64,000 bases of DNA from Candidatus Poriferisodalis sp. GTDB lineage: Bacteria > Actinomycetota > Acidimicrobiia > Acidimicrobiales > Poriferisodalaceae. This document shows positions 47,692 through 55,014 of this stretch, in pieces. The notes under the pieces were generated by a model that did not search any database, was not told the origin of the DNA, and saw only the letters and a program-made list of their open reading frames with translations. The translations under genes were made by a program, and so were the position numbers. The stretch lies in the NCBI RefSeq assembly GCF_965214215.1, contig NZ_CBDCBD010000002.1, positions 365,873-429,872 of the forward strand, read 5' to 3'. Within the stretch, counting starts at the first letter, position 1; every line of letters begins with the position of its first letter.

Positions 47692-49055
47692 TCAGCTGCC
47701 TCGGAAAGGGCCTCGCTCAGGGACGGATACACGAACAAGCTTTCGGCGATGTCCTGGACCCGCAGGTTTGCGCTGACGGCGAGAGCCACCACCGAGATCA
47801 GCTCCGCTGCGTGGCGGCCCACGATGGAGCCGCCCAACACCTGACCGGTCAGCGGGTCCGAGACGATCTTGACGAAGCCGCGGGGATTCTCCTCGATCAG
47901 TGCCTTGGCGTTTGCGCCGAAGGGCACCTTGGTGACGCGGATCTTGCGGCCCGTGGCAAATGCCTCGGCTTCCGCGAGCCCGACATCGGCGATCTCGGGT
48001 TCGGTGAAGATGGCCGATGCCGCCTTGTCGTAGTCGAGATGGCGGTGAGGGCGGGACTCGTGCAGACCCACCGCGTGCTCCACGATCTTGCGGCCCTGCA
48101 TGGCGGCGACCGATGAGAGCGGCAGCTTGCCCGACAGGTCGCCTGCTGCGTAGATGCCGGGCACCGACGAGCACAGGTTGTGGTCGACCTCGACATACCC
48201 CTCGCCGTCGACTCCCACATCGGTGTTCTCCAGCCCCAAGCCGTCGCTATTGGGGATCGATCCGATCGCAATCAGCGCATGCGACGCCTGCACCGTCCGC
48301 CCATCGCTGCAGACGACTTCGACGGCGTCGCCTGAGCGCTCGATGCTCACCGCACGCGCCCCTTTGAGCAGGGCCACGCCGAGGTCGCTGAAGGTCTGCT
48401 CCAGCACCGCAGCGGCTTCGGGGTCCTTATGCGGCAGCACCTGCTGGCGACTCACGATCAGCGTGACCTGCGAGCCCAGCGAGGTGAACATGTGCACGAA
48501 TTCCACGCCGGTCACCCCAGAGCCCACGACGACGAGGTGCTCTGGAAGCTCGGCGGGCGGGTACGCGTCGCGCGTGGTGAGGACTCGCTCCCCGTCGATG
48601 GGCGCCCAGTCGGGGATCCGGGGACGGCTGCCGGTCGACAGCACCACGACGTCGGCCGACAGCTCGATCGCGCCGTCCGCCGTGTCGGCACAGACCTCGT
48701 TGGGCCCCAGCAAGCGACCCGAACCCGACAGGATGCGCACGCCTTGGCTGATCAGCATCTGCCGTGCGACCTCCGCGAGACGTTCCTCGATGTCGCCGAT
48801 GCGCTGGCGAAGGTGTGGCGTGTCGACCGACGTGAACACGTTGGCGAGCCCCAGCTCGTCGAGATGACCAGCAAAACTGAGCGCCGAGCCGGTGGCGATC
48901 ATGGTCTTGGACGGCACGCAGTCGCGAAGGTGCGCGGAGCCGCCCACGATGTCGCGCTCGATAAGCGTGACGTCGGCGCCATAACGGGCTGCGTAGGTGG
49001 CTGCGGAGTGGCCCGCCGGGCCACCGCCGATCACGACGAAGCGCTTCTGGGCCAT
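47688..49055 (-). CDS. Flavoprotein disulfide-reductase-family NAD(P)H oxidoreductase (LpdA/Rv3303c-like, single redox Cys)
   Basis: 455 aa. FVVIGGGPAGHSAA, and GGSAHLRDCVPSK in place of the canonical GGTCLNVGCIPSK. Second dinucleotide site VVVGSGVTGVE. Interface domain present. Confidence 0.85.
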   Translation of the reverse strand: MAQKRFVVIGGGPAGHSAATYAARYGADVTLIERDIVGGSAHLRDCVPSKTMIATGSALSFAGHLDELGLANVFTSVDTPHLRQRIGDIEERLAEVARQMLISQGVRILSGSGRLLGPNEVCADTADGAIELSADVVVLSTGSRPRIPDWAPIDGERVLTTRDAYPPAELPEHLVVVGSGVTGVEFVHMFTSLGSQVTLIVSRQQVLPHKDPEAAAVLEQTFSDLGVALLKGARAVSIERSGDAVEVVCSDGRTVQASHALIAIGSIPNSDGLGLENTDVGVDGEGYVEVDHNLCSSVPGIYAAGDLSGKLPLSSVAAMQGRKIVEHAVGLHESRPHRHLDYDKAASAIFTEPEIADVGLAEAEAFATGRKIRVTKVPFGANAKALIEENPRGFVKIVSDPLTGQVLGGSIVGRHAAELISVVALAVSANLRVQDIAESLFVYPSLSEALSEAAE

Positions 49056-49183
49056 GGATCCGCAGCGTACCGGTGCCCCCCGGCCTCACTTTCGTCGCGG
49101 CACCCAGTGCTTTCCGCTCTGATCCTGAGTCTTCGTGCGATTGGGCCCACGAGCCGGGCGGGCGCGGGGCACAGCCCCTGGGG

Positions 49184-50389
49184 TCAGCTCAGCGTGGGGC
49201 TGCAGAGGCCGTCCAGCTCACTGACGGTGATGCGCTCGCGATTGGCGAAGGTGACCTCGTTGGCGGGGTCGGGCCGCAACCGGAATTCGCGGAAGGTCAT
49301 CTCGAGCGAGTCGAAGGCGACGATGCGGCCCGACAGCGAATCGCCGGTGCCGAGAATCAGCTTGATGGTCTCAAGCGCCTGGATCGAGCCCACGATTCCC
49401 GGCAGCACGCCCAGCACGCCGGCCTCGGCGCACGACGGTGCCAGCTCAGCCGGCGGGGGCTCGGGCAGGTAATCGCGGTAGGTCGGGCCGTTCTTCGGGT
49501 CGAACACGGTGACCTGACCCTCGAAGCGAAAGATCGAGCCGTGCACCACGGGAATGCCCAGCTTCACCGATGCATCGTTGAGCAGGTAACGACTCGGGAA
49601 ATTGTCCGCTCCGTCCACGATCACATCCCAGCCCGAGAGAATCTCGAGCACATTGTCGGCGCCGAGCCGCGTGTCGTAGGTGACCACGTTGACATCGGGA
49701 TTCAACGCGGTCAGGGTCTTCTTGGCCGAGTCGACCTTGCGATCGCCGACACGGTCGACGTTGTGGAGAATCTGGCGCTGCAGATTGGACTCGTCCACCA
49801 CGTCCATGTCGATGATGCCGATGGTGCCGACTCCGGCGGCAGCCAGATACAGCGCGGCGGGCGAGCCGAGGCCGCCTGCGCCAAGCATGAGCACCTTGGC
49901 GTCGAGCAGCTTGAGCTGCCCGGCCTCGCCCACTTCGGGCAGCAGCAGGTGACGCTGGTACCGGTTTCGCTGCTCGGGGCCGAGCGAGGCCGGCGTGGAC
50001 CAGGGGCGGCCCTCGTCCTTCCATCGGCCGAAACCGCCATCCATGGACACAGAGTTGGGATAGCCCAACTCGGCAAGCGTTTTCGCAGCGAATGCCGAAC
50101 GCACGCCGCCGGCGCAATAGATGATGATCTCCGCATCGTGGTCGGGCAGCCGGTTCTCGATCTGAGCCTCGAGGTGCCCGCGCGGAATGTGGATCGCGTC
50201 GGCGAGGGCACCCTGCTCGTACTCGTCGGGCTCGCGCACATCGAGCACGACGGGCTCGCGGTCCGCGATCCACTGCGCCGCTGTGGCGGTGTCGATCTCG
50301 GTGATCTCGCGCTTTGTCGCTGTCAGCAGTTCGCGGAACGAGGGCATCAGAGGCCTCCCAAGTCGTCGCATTCGGGAGCGCCCAGTCAT
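49184..50389 (-). CDS. MoeB/ThiF-type adenylyltransferase with N-terminal rhodanese domain (MoeZ-like, reversed domain order)
   Basis: 401 aa. Rhodanese part VVLDVREPDEYEQG...IIIYCAGGVRS, followed by the ThiF domain YQRHLLLPEVGEAGQLKLLDAKVLMLGAGGLGSPAALYLAAAGVG...DESNLQRQ. Confidence 0.88.
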   Translation of the reverse strand: MTGRSRMRRLGRPLMPSFRELLTATKREITEIDTATAAQWIADREPVVLDVREPDEYEQGALADAIHIPRGHLEAQIENRLPDHDAEIIIYCAGGVRSAFAAKTLAELGYPNSVSMDGGFGRWKDEGRPWSTPASLGPEQRNRYQRHLLLPEVGEAGQLKLLDAKVLMLGAGGLGSPAALYLAAAGVGTIGIIDMDVVDESNLQRQILHNVDRVGDRKVDSAKKTLTALNPDVNVVTYDTRLGADNVLEILSGWDVIVDGADNFPSRYLLNDASVKLGIPVVHGSIFRFEGQVTVFDPKNGPTYRDYLPEPPPAELAPSCAEAGVLGVLPGIVGSIQALETIKLILGTGDSLSGRIVAFDSLEMTFREFRLRPDPANEVTFANRERITVSELDGLCSPTLS

Positions 50390-50436
50390 CAGACCAGACT
50401 CAGGACCTAAATCCTACCTATTTGGTCAGGAATTGG

Positions 50437-51255
50437 TCACACAGCACGCGGTCGGGGCGTGCCGCCGCAGATTCGGGGGAGGACCTCCGAGATGGACTTG
50501 CGCAGAACCATGTCGGCGAGGTGGTCCATCTCGGTGGGCTCGGCGTTGACGATCACCACTCGCGCGCCTGCGGACTTAGCCGTCGGTACCACCGCAGCGA
50601 TCGGATAGACGGCCAGCGTGGTTCCCACGGCCAGCATCAGATCGCAATTCTCGGCTGCGATCTGGGCTCGCAAGAGATCGCGCGCTACGAGCTGTTGGCC
50701 GAAGCTGATCGTGGCGCTCTTGAGAATCCCCCCGCAGTCGGGACAGGGCGGGTCGTCGGCGCCGAGCCGAACCCGGTCGAGCACGGTACCCATCTCTTCG
50801 CGGTAGTCGCACTCCAGGCACGCAACCTCGCGGATCGTGCCGTGCACTTCCACGATCTTGTCCGGATCGGACCCGGCGTCGTGATGCAGCCCGTCCACGT
50901 TCTGCGTCAGCAGCGACACCAGCTTGCGGCGACGCTCCAACTGCACGAGGGCTCGATGACCGTCGTTGGGCTCGGCGCCCCACGCTCGGTGATCCATGCG
51001 GGCCCGCCAGGCCAGCACCCGCACCTCGCGATCGGCCAGATAGTTCTGCAGCGTCGCCTGCTTCTCGGCGGCTGGGTTCTTGGTCCACACGCCATTGGGG
51101 CCGCGGAAGTCTGGGATTCCCGAATCCGTGGAGATCCCGGCGCCGGTGAGCACCGTGATGGCGCTCGCCTCGTCGATCCATCGCGCCACTGTTCGGACGT
51201 CGTCATCGATGTCGGGGCTCGAATCGGACGCTGGGACTTTCTCGTCTGGGCTCAT
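50437..51255 (-). CDS. cobB: NAD-dependent protein deacylase (sirtuin, CobB-like)
   Basis: 272 aa. LTGAGISTDSGIPDFRGPNG, QNVDGLH, zinc ribbon CLECDY...CPDCGG, VIVNAEPT. Confidence 0.9.
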   Translation of the reverse strand: MSPDEKVPASDSSPDIDDDVRTVARWIDEASAITVLTGAGISTDSGIPDFRGPNGVWTKNPAAEKQATLQNYLADREVRVLAWRARMDHRAWGAEPNDGHRALVQLERRRKLVSLLTQNVDGLHHDAGSDPDKIVEVHGTIREVACLECDYREEMGTVLDRVRLGADDPPCPDCGGILKSATISFGQQLVARDLLRAQIAAENCDLMLAVGTTLAVYPIAAVVPTAKSAGARVVIVNAEPTEMDHLADMVLRKSISEVLPRICGGTPRPRAV

Positions 51256-51289
51256 CGATCACAGTCTGACTGATGGCAAGCGACCTGAT

Positions 51290-51375
51290 CTGACGAACGA
51301 TGTGCACTTTACAGCATCTTTCATGTTGTATTAGTATTTTTCGATATACAAGATTGTGTTCGGCAACGAACAACA
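51290..51375. promoter_or_regulatory. AT-rich divergent promoter island with inverted repeat
   Basis: gacgaacgatgtgcactttacagcatctttcatgttgtattagtatttttcgatatacaagattgtgttcggcaacgaac contains the inverted repeat TTGTAT-N14-ATACAA at 51326-51351. It lies between the sirtuin (minus) and the 51418 gene (plus). Confidence 0.4.
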
Positions 51376-51417
51376 ACCGCGGCCCAACGTGGCACGCCGT
51401 CGAGAAGGAGAGCCCCC

Positions 51418-52146
51418 GTGCGAGCTGATGAGATACACGCCGTCCCCCAACGTCGAACGGCGCCTGATCCGTCCGCTGCGGCCGCGTTGAGGCTGGTTGG
51501 CGGCGCCGAGACCGAGCCAAGCCCCGCAGCGTTCGACGATTCGTCAGGTGATCCAGTGCATGTCTTGCGGGTGCGGCCGTGGGACGATCCCAAGCTGCGG
51601 CGTCGAGGCCACGATCCGCGCTCGATCTACGTGGAGCGATTCTGGGTTGCGATTCTCGGCCCGAGCGCCGTGTGGCTGTTGCGGTTGCTCGCTCGCGAAT
51701 TCGACGAGCTGCCGCCCGGCGAGGAGCTCCACCTGGACCTCGACTCCACCGCCCGGCGATTGGGGCTGCAGCACCGCGGCGGCCGTCAGAGCACCTTCAT
51801 GAGAACCATCGAACGCTGCGGCATGTTCGACATGGCGCACTTCGACGACGACGCGGTGCTGATCGTCCGCACGCGGGTGCCACCGGTGCCCCGCCGCCTG
51901 CAGATGCGGATGCCGCCGGAATTGCGCTCGGAAGTCGACCACTGGTCGCGGACCGACGGCCATGCGGATTTCTCCGTCGGCGAGACGCGGCTGCTCGCGA
52001 TCTGCATGCTGACGCTCGGCCACGGTTTGCACGAGTCTGCCGAGCGGCTCGTGACGCTCGGGCTGGCGCCGAGCGCCGCCAACGAGGCGACGGCATGGGC
52101 GTGGGCCGAGCGCTGCGTGCGGCCGCGCGCCCCTCGCCGCGCCTAG
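51418..52146 (+). CDS. Hypothetical protein, possible winged-helix DNA-binding domain
   Basis: GTG 51418 with GAAGGAGAG 5 nt upstream. The disordered N-terminal ~65 aa are followed by RSIYVERFWVAILGPSAVWLLRLLAREFDELP...LDSTARRLGL...TFMRTIERC. The pattern looks familiar from actinobacterial hypotheticals, but I cannot name the family. Confidence 0.6.
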   Translation: MRADEIHAVPQRRTAPDPSAAAALRLVGGAETEPSPAAFDDSSGDPVHVLRVRPWDDPKLRRRGHDPRSIYVERFWVAILGPSAVWLLRLLAREFDELPPGEELHLDLDSTARRLGLQHRGGRQSTFMRTIERCGMFDMAHFDDDAVLIVRTRVPPVPRRLQMRMPPELRSEVDHWSRTDGHADFSVGETRLLAICMLTLGHGLHESAERLVTLGLAPSAANEATAWAWAERCVRPRAPRRA

Positions 52147-52198
52147 CCCCTCCGGCTGTGCGCGCGCCGTCGCCGGCCCAGGGGCCTGGCGGTTCGCG

Positions 52199-53695
52199 TC
52201 ACCAGCCGCAGATCAGCTCCACCAGCGTGCGCACGCCGAAGCCCGATGCTCCCTTGGCCAGTTCGCCGGCGTCGGCATCGGTGCGCACAGGTCCGGCGAT
52301 GTCGAAGTGCACCCATGGTGTCTCGCCTACGAATTCCGACAAGAACAATCCCGCGTGAAGCGTGCCCCCGTAACGGTTCTTGCCGATGTTGCGCAGGTCG
52401 GCGATCGGCGAGTCGAGCTGCTCGCGGTATTCGGGAGGCAGCGGCAGGTGCCAAAGACGCTCTCCAGCAGCGTGCGCCGCAGCCTGGGCGCGTTCGATCG
52501 CCGCCGGGTCATTGCCCATGAGCCCGGCGTACTTGTCGCCCAGCGCCACCATGCAGGCACCCGTCAGCGTGGCGAGGTCCACGACCAGGTCGGGCTCCTC
52601 CTCGACGGCGAGCGACAGTCCGTCAGCGAGGACGAGCCGGCCTTCGGCGTCGGTATTGAGCACTTCGACCGTCTTGCCGTTGCGGATGCGCAGCACGTCC
52701 CCGGGCTTGGTGGCCGTAGGGCCGGGCTGGTTGTCGGTGCAACAGCAGATGCCGGTCACCGCGATGTCGGGTGCCAATCGGACGATGGCACTCATCGCCC
52801 CGATGACCGCAGCGGCGCCTCCCATGTCGATCTTCATCCACTCCATGCCTTCGAAGGATTTGAGGTTGAGCCCGCCGGTGTCGAACGTGATGCCCTTGCC
52901 GACCAGGTGAACCGTGGCGCGCGGCGTGGCAGTCGGCTGCCAGCGCATGCGGATGAGCGCCGGCGGCTCCGTGGAACCCGCATTGACGCCGAGCAGCCCG
53001 CCGCATCGCTCCGACGCCAACCGCTCGCGGTCCCACACCTCGACTGAAGCAGTGCCCGCCGCCGGATCAGTGGCTGCGGAAGCCGACTCGATGGCCTCGA
53101 CGGCAGCATCGGCGAGTCCGCTCGCCGTGAGCGCTCCGGCCGGCTGGTTGACCAAGTCGCGGGCCAGGGCGATACCGCCGGCCACCGCCGCGGCCCGAGC
53201 GAGAGCAGCCGCGGTGTCGGTGCCGTCAGGCACAGCGAGCACGATGCGATCGAGCGCATCATCATCGGGCGGATCGCCCTTGTGCTCGTTGAACCCGTAG
53301 GAGGCGAGGAGCATTCCTTCGGCCACCGCGCTGAGGGCAACATCGGCGCCGAGGTCGTCGGCCGCGACTGCAGCCAACGCCGAAGTCAGCGAGTCGACCT
53401 TCGACGCTGCCCGCCACAGATTCGCCGCCGCTGTGCGGACATCGGCGGCAGTCAGACCTTCAGCGCCGAGCCCAACCGCGATCGGCATCGTGTCGTCTGC
53501 AGTGCCGGCGATGCCGGCCATGAGTGCCGTGCTGCCCGCGGAGCCATCGAAGCCGCTGGCCGCCAAGTAGTTCGGCGTGGCCCCCAGCGTGTCGAGGGCA
53601 TCGCTGCGCACCGGCCGGTCGGCGGCGGCAGTCGGCATCGCAGCGGCGGGGTCGGTGACAACCTCGAAGGCATCAGGCGAAACAGTGAGCGGCAC
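52199..53695 (-). CDS. pepA: Leucyl aminopeptidase (M17)
   Basis: GTG 53695 (GAGGA 4 nt upstream) inside ORF 52199-53944, giving ~498 aa, normal for M17. VGKGITFDTGGLNLK, NTDAEGRLVLAD, DLATLTGA. The 83 codons upstream in the track ORF are Cys/Arg-rich and overlap repeat F3. Confidence 0.9.
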   Translation of the reverse strand: MPLTVSPDAFEVVTDPAAAMPTAAADRPVRSDALDTLGATPNYLAASGFDGSAGSTALMAGIAGTADDTMPIAVGLGAEGLTAADVRTAAANLWRAASKVDSLTSALAAVAADDLGADVALSAVAEGMLLASYGFNEHKGDPPDDDALDRIVLAVPDGTDTAAALARAAAVAGGIALARDLVNQPAGALTASGLADAAVEAIESASAATDPAAGTASVEVWDRERLASERCGGLLGVNAGSTEPPALIRMRWQPTATPRATVHLVGKGITFDTGGLNLKSFEGMEWMKIDMGGAAAVIGAMSAIVRLAPDIAVTGICCCTDNQPGPTATKPGDVLRIRNGKTVEVLNTDAEGRLVLADGLSLAVEEEPDLVVDLATLTGACMVALGDKYAGLMGNDPAAIERAQAAAHAAGERLWHLPLPPEYREQLDSPIADLRNIGKNRYGGTLHAGLFLSEFVGETPWVHFDIAGPVRTDADAGELAKGASGFGVRTLVELICGW

Positions 53696-53797
53696 GGCGT
53701 CCTCGCTTAGTCGGAGATAGGGCGCGGACGGCGGTGAGCAGCGCCCGCAGTGCGGTTCTACCTGACGGCAGCACCCGACGCTGAGGATTCTCGCGAA

Positions 53798-53897
53798 GAG
53801 GCTGAGCCGATAGGCGAAGCCGTGGCCCGAGCGGCCCGTGGCCGCCGAGTCAATGGAAATCGGGAACAAGAGCGGGAAACAACTGGTGCGACAGCGG
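53798..53897 (-). repeat. Repeat family 2, copy F3 (reverse orientation, in the pepA upstream region)
   Basis: Plus strand: gaggctgagccgataggcgaagccgtggcccgagcggcccgtggccgccgagtcaatggaaatcgggaacaagagcgggaaacaactggtgcgacagcgg. It is the reverse complement of the F1/F2 blocks with a ~20-nt insertion. Confidence 0.6.
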
Positions 53898-53906
53898 AAG
53901 GGCTCA

Positions 53907-53937
53907 CCCATCGGCGCTTCGGCGAAGCGCCGATGGG
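53907..53937 (-). terminator. Strong hairpin immediately after the birA stop
   Basis: CCCATCGGCGCTTC/GAAGCGCCGATGGG: a 12-14 bp perfect stem starting 4 nt after the birA TGA, followed on the minus strand by a pyrimidine-rich stretch (CCCUUCC...UUGUUUCCC). Confidence 0.55.
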
Positions 53938-53940
53938 AGA

Positions 53941-54861
53941 TCACTGCGGCCCGGGTGCCGGCCGCAGGTGCACGACGTCGCCGACCGCAACGGTGTGGAT
54001 CGCCCCGGCATCGTCGGTGACCAGCAACCGCCCGTGCGCATCGAGATCGCTCGCAAGCCCCTCGAGGATGGGGGAGCCAGTCTCGAGGTCATCGGTCGCG
54101 GGCCTGTCGGCCGTCGCATCGAACGAGATGCGCACCCGGCGGCCGAGCGTCGCGGAATTCCAGCGCGCCTCGTCCAGCACAGCGGCAGCGCCCGAACCGC
54201 CGCTCAAGCTGTGATCGGCCCTGCACAGCAGCTCGTAGCGGGCCTCGAGGCCCTCGAGCACCCGGCGGGCCAGCGCCGTGCGGTCCACCTCCGCGCCTGC
54301 TTCCAGGTTCAAGCTTGTCGCGACGCCTTCCAGCTCTGGCGGGACCTGCGGCCAGCCGGTGTTGAGGCCCATGCCCACCACGAGCGCGGAGAGCGCTCCG
54401 TGCGTGCTCATCGACTCGGCCAATATGCCCGCCAGCTTTCGATCGCGGCCAGCACTGCTACTGCCAGCACCCTCAGCGATGACGAGGTCGTTGGGCCATT
54501 TCAGCCGCGGCCTGACGCCGCTGGATTGCTCACAGGCGTCAGCGGCGGCCAGCGCAACCGCCAGCGTCACCAAGGCCGCTCGAGTCGGAGGCAGCGGACC
54601 CGGCGGCGGTCGCAGCAGCACCGACATCATCAACGATGTCCCCGGCGGCGCCGTCCAACGCCGACCGCGGCGACCGCGTCCGGCGGTCTGCAAATCGGTG
54701 ATCAGCACCACCCCTTCGGGCGCTCCCCGGCGGGCCCGATCAAGCAGTTCGGTATTGGTCGAACCGATCTCGTCGTACCACTCGATGTGGGTGAAGCGGG
54801 TGCGGGGTACGGAGCTGAAATGCGGGGACTCGATGGCCCTGGCGTCGTGTGAACCAGGCAC
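53941..54861 (-). CDS. birA: Biotin--[acetyl-CoA-carboxylase] ligase (group I, no HTH domain)
   Basis: 306 aa. IGSTNTELL, TDLQTAGRGRRGRRW, KWPNDL. Confidence 0.88.
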   Translation of the reverse strand: MPGSHDARAIESPHFSSVPRTRFTHIEWYDEIGSTNTELLDRARRGAPEGVVLITDLQTAGRGRRGRRWTAPPGTSLMMSVLLRPPPGPLPPTRAALVTLAVALAAADACEQSSGVRPRLKWPNDLVIAEGAGSSSAGRDRKLAGILAESMSTHGALSALVVGMGLNTGWPQVPPELEGVATSLNLEAGAEVDRTALARRVLEGLEARYELLCRADHSLSGGSGAAAVLDEARWNSATLGRRVRISFDATADRPATDDLETGSPILEGLASDLDAHGRLLVTDDAGAIHTVAVGDVVHLRPAPGPQ

Positions 54862-55014
54862 ACACCGAGCGTAGCGGTGGCACTCGCGGCGACAGCCGAC
54901 AGACTTGCCCGCTGCCGGTCGAAAATGAAGTGATGCCGACTGGCCCGACTTGGCAGCGGTCGGCCTGCACCGACAGGCAATTGCGGCCAGGACCTCACAG
55001 TTAGGACTTCATTC

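Noticed and set aside
50437-51255. Sir2-domain protein as a possible anti-phage defence effector (Thoeris/DSR/SIR2-HerA-like).
   Set aside because: It is a compact 272-aa sirtuin with the canonical GAGISxxxGIPxFR, QNVDxLH and Cys4 zinc-ribbon motifs of CobB-type deacylases. It has no fused sensor domain and no partner gene (TIR, HerA, pAgo) nearby.
53798-53897. Family-2 repeat as a cobalamin or other known riboswitch (GGGAA...CAACTGGTGCGAC resembles fragments of B12-element consensus).
   Set aside because: The B12 box and the other conserved helices are absent. The downstream genes (aminopeptidase, crotonase) are not typical riboswitch targets, and one copy is not upstream of any gene. I kept it as an unclassified repeat.
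53696-53944. N-terminal extensions implied by the longest ORFs: pepA to 53944, ftsE to 13800, manB to 23641, ABC ATPase to 60305, PMI/PGI to 21934, antitoxin to 3373, gmd back to 38723.
   Set aside because: The extensions are Cys/Arg/Pro-rich, overlap upstream genes or repeats, and precede internal starts with good RBS spacing and family-typical N-termini. I used the internal starts.
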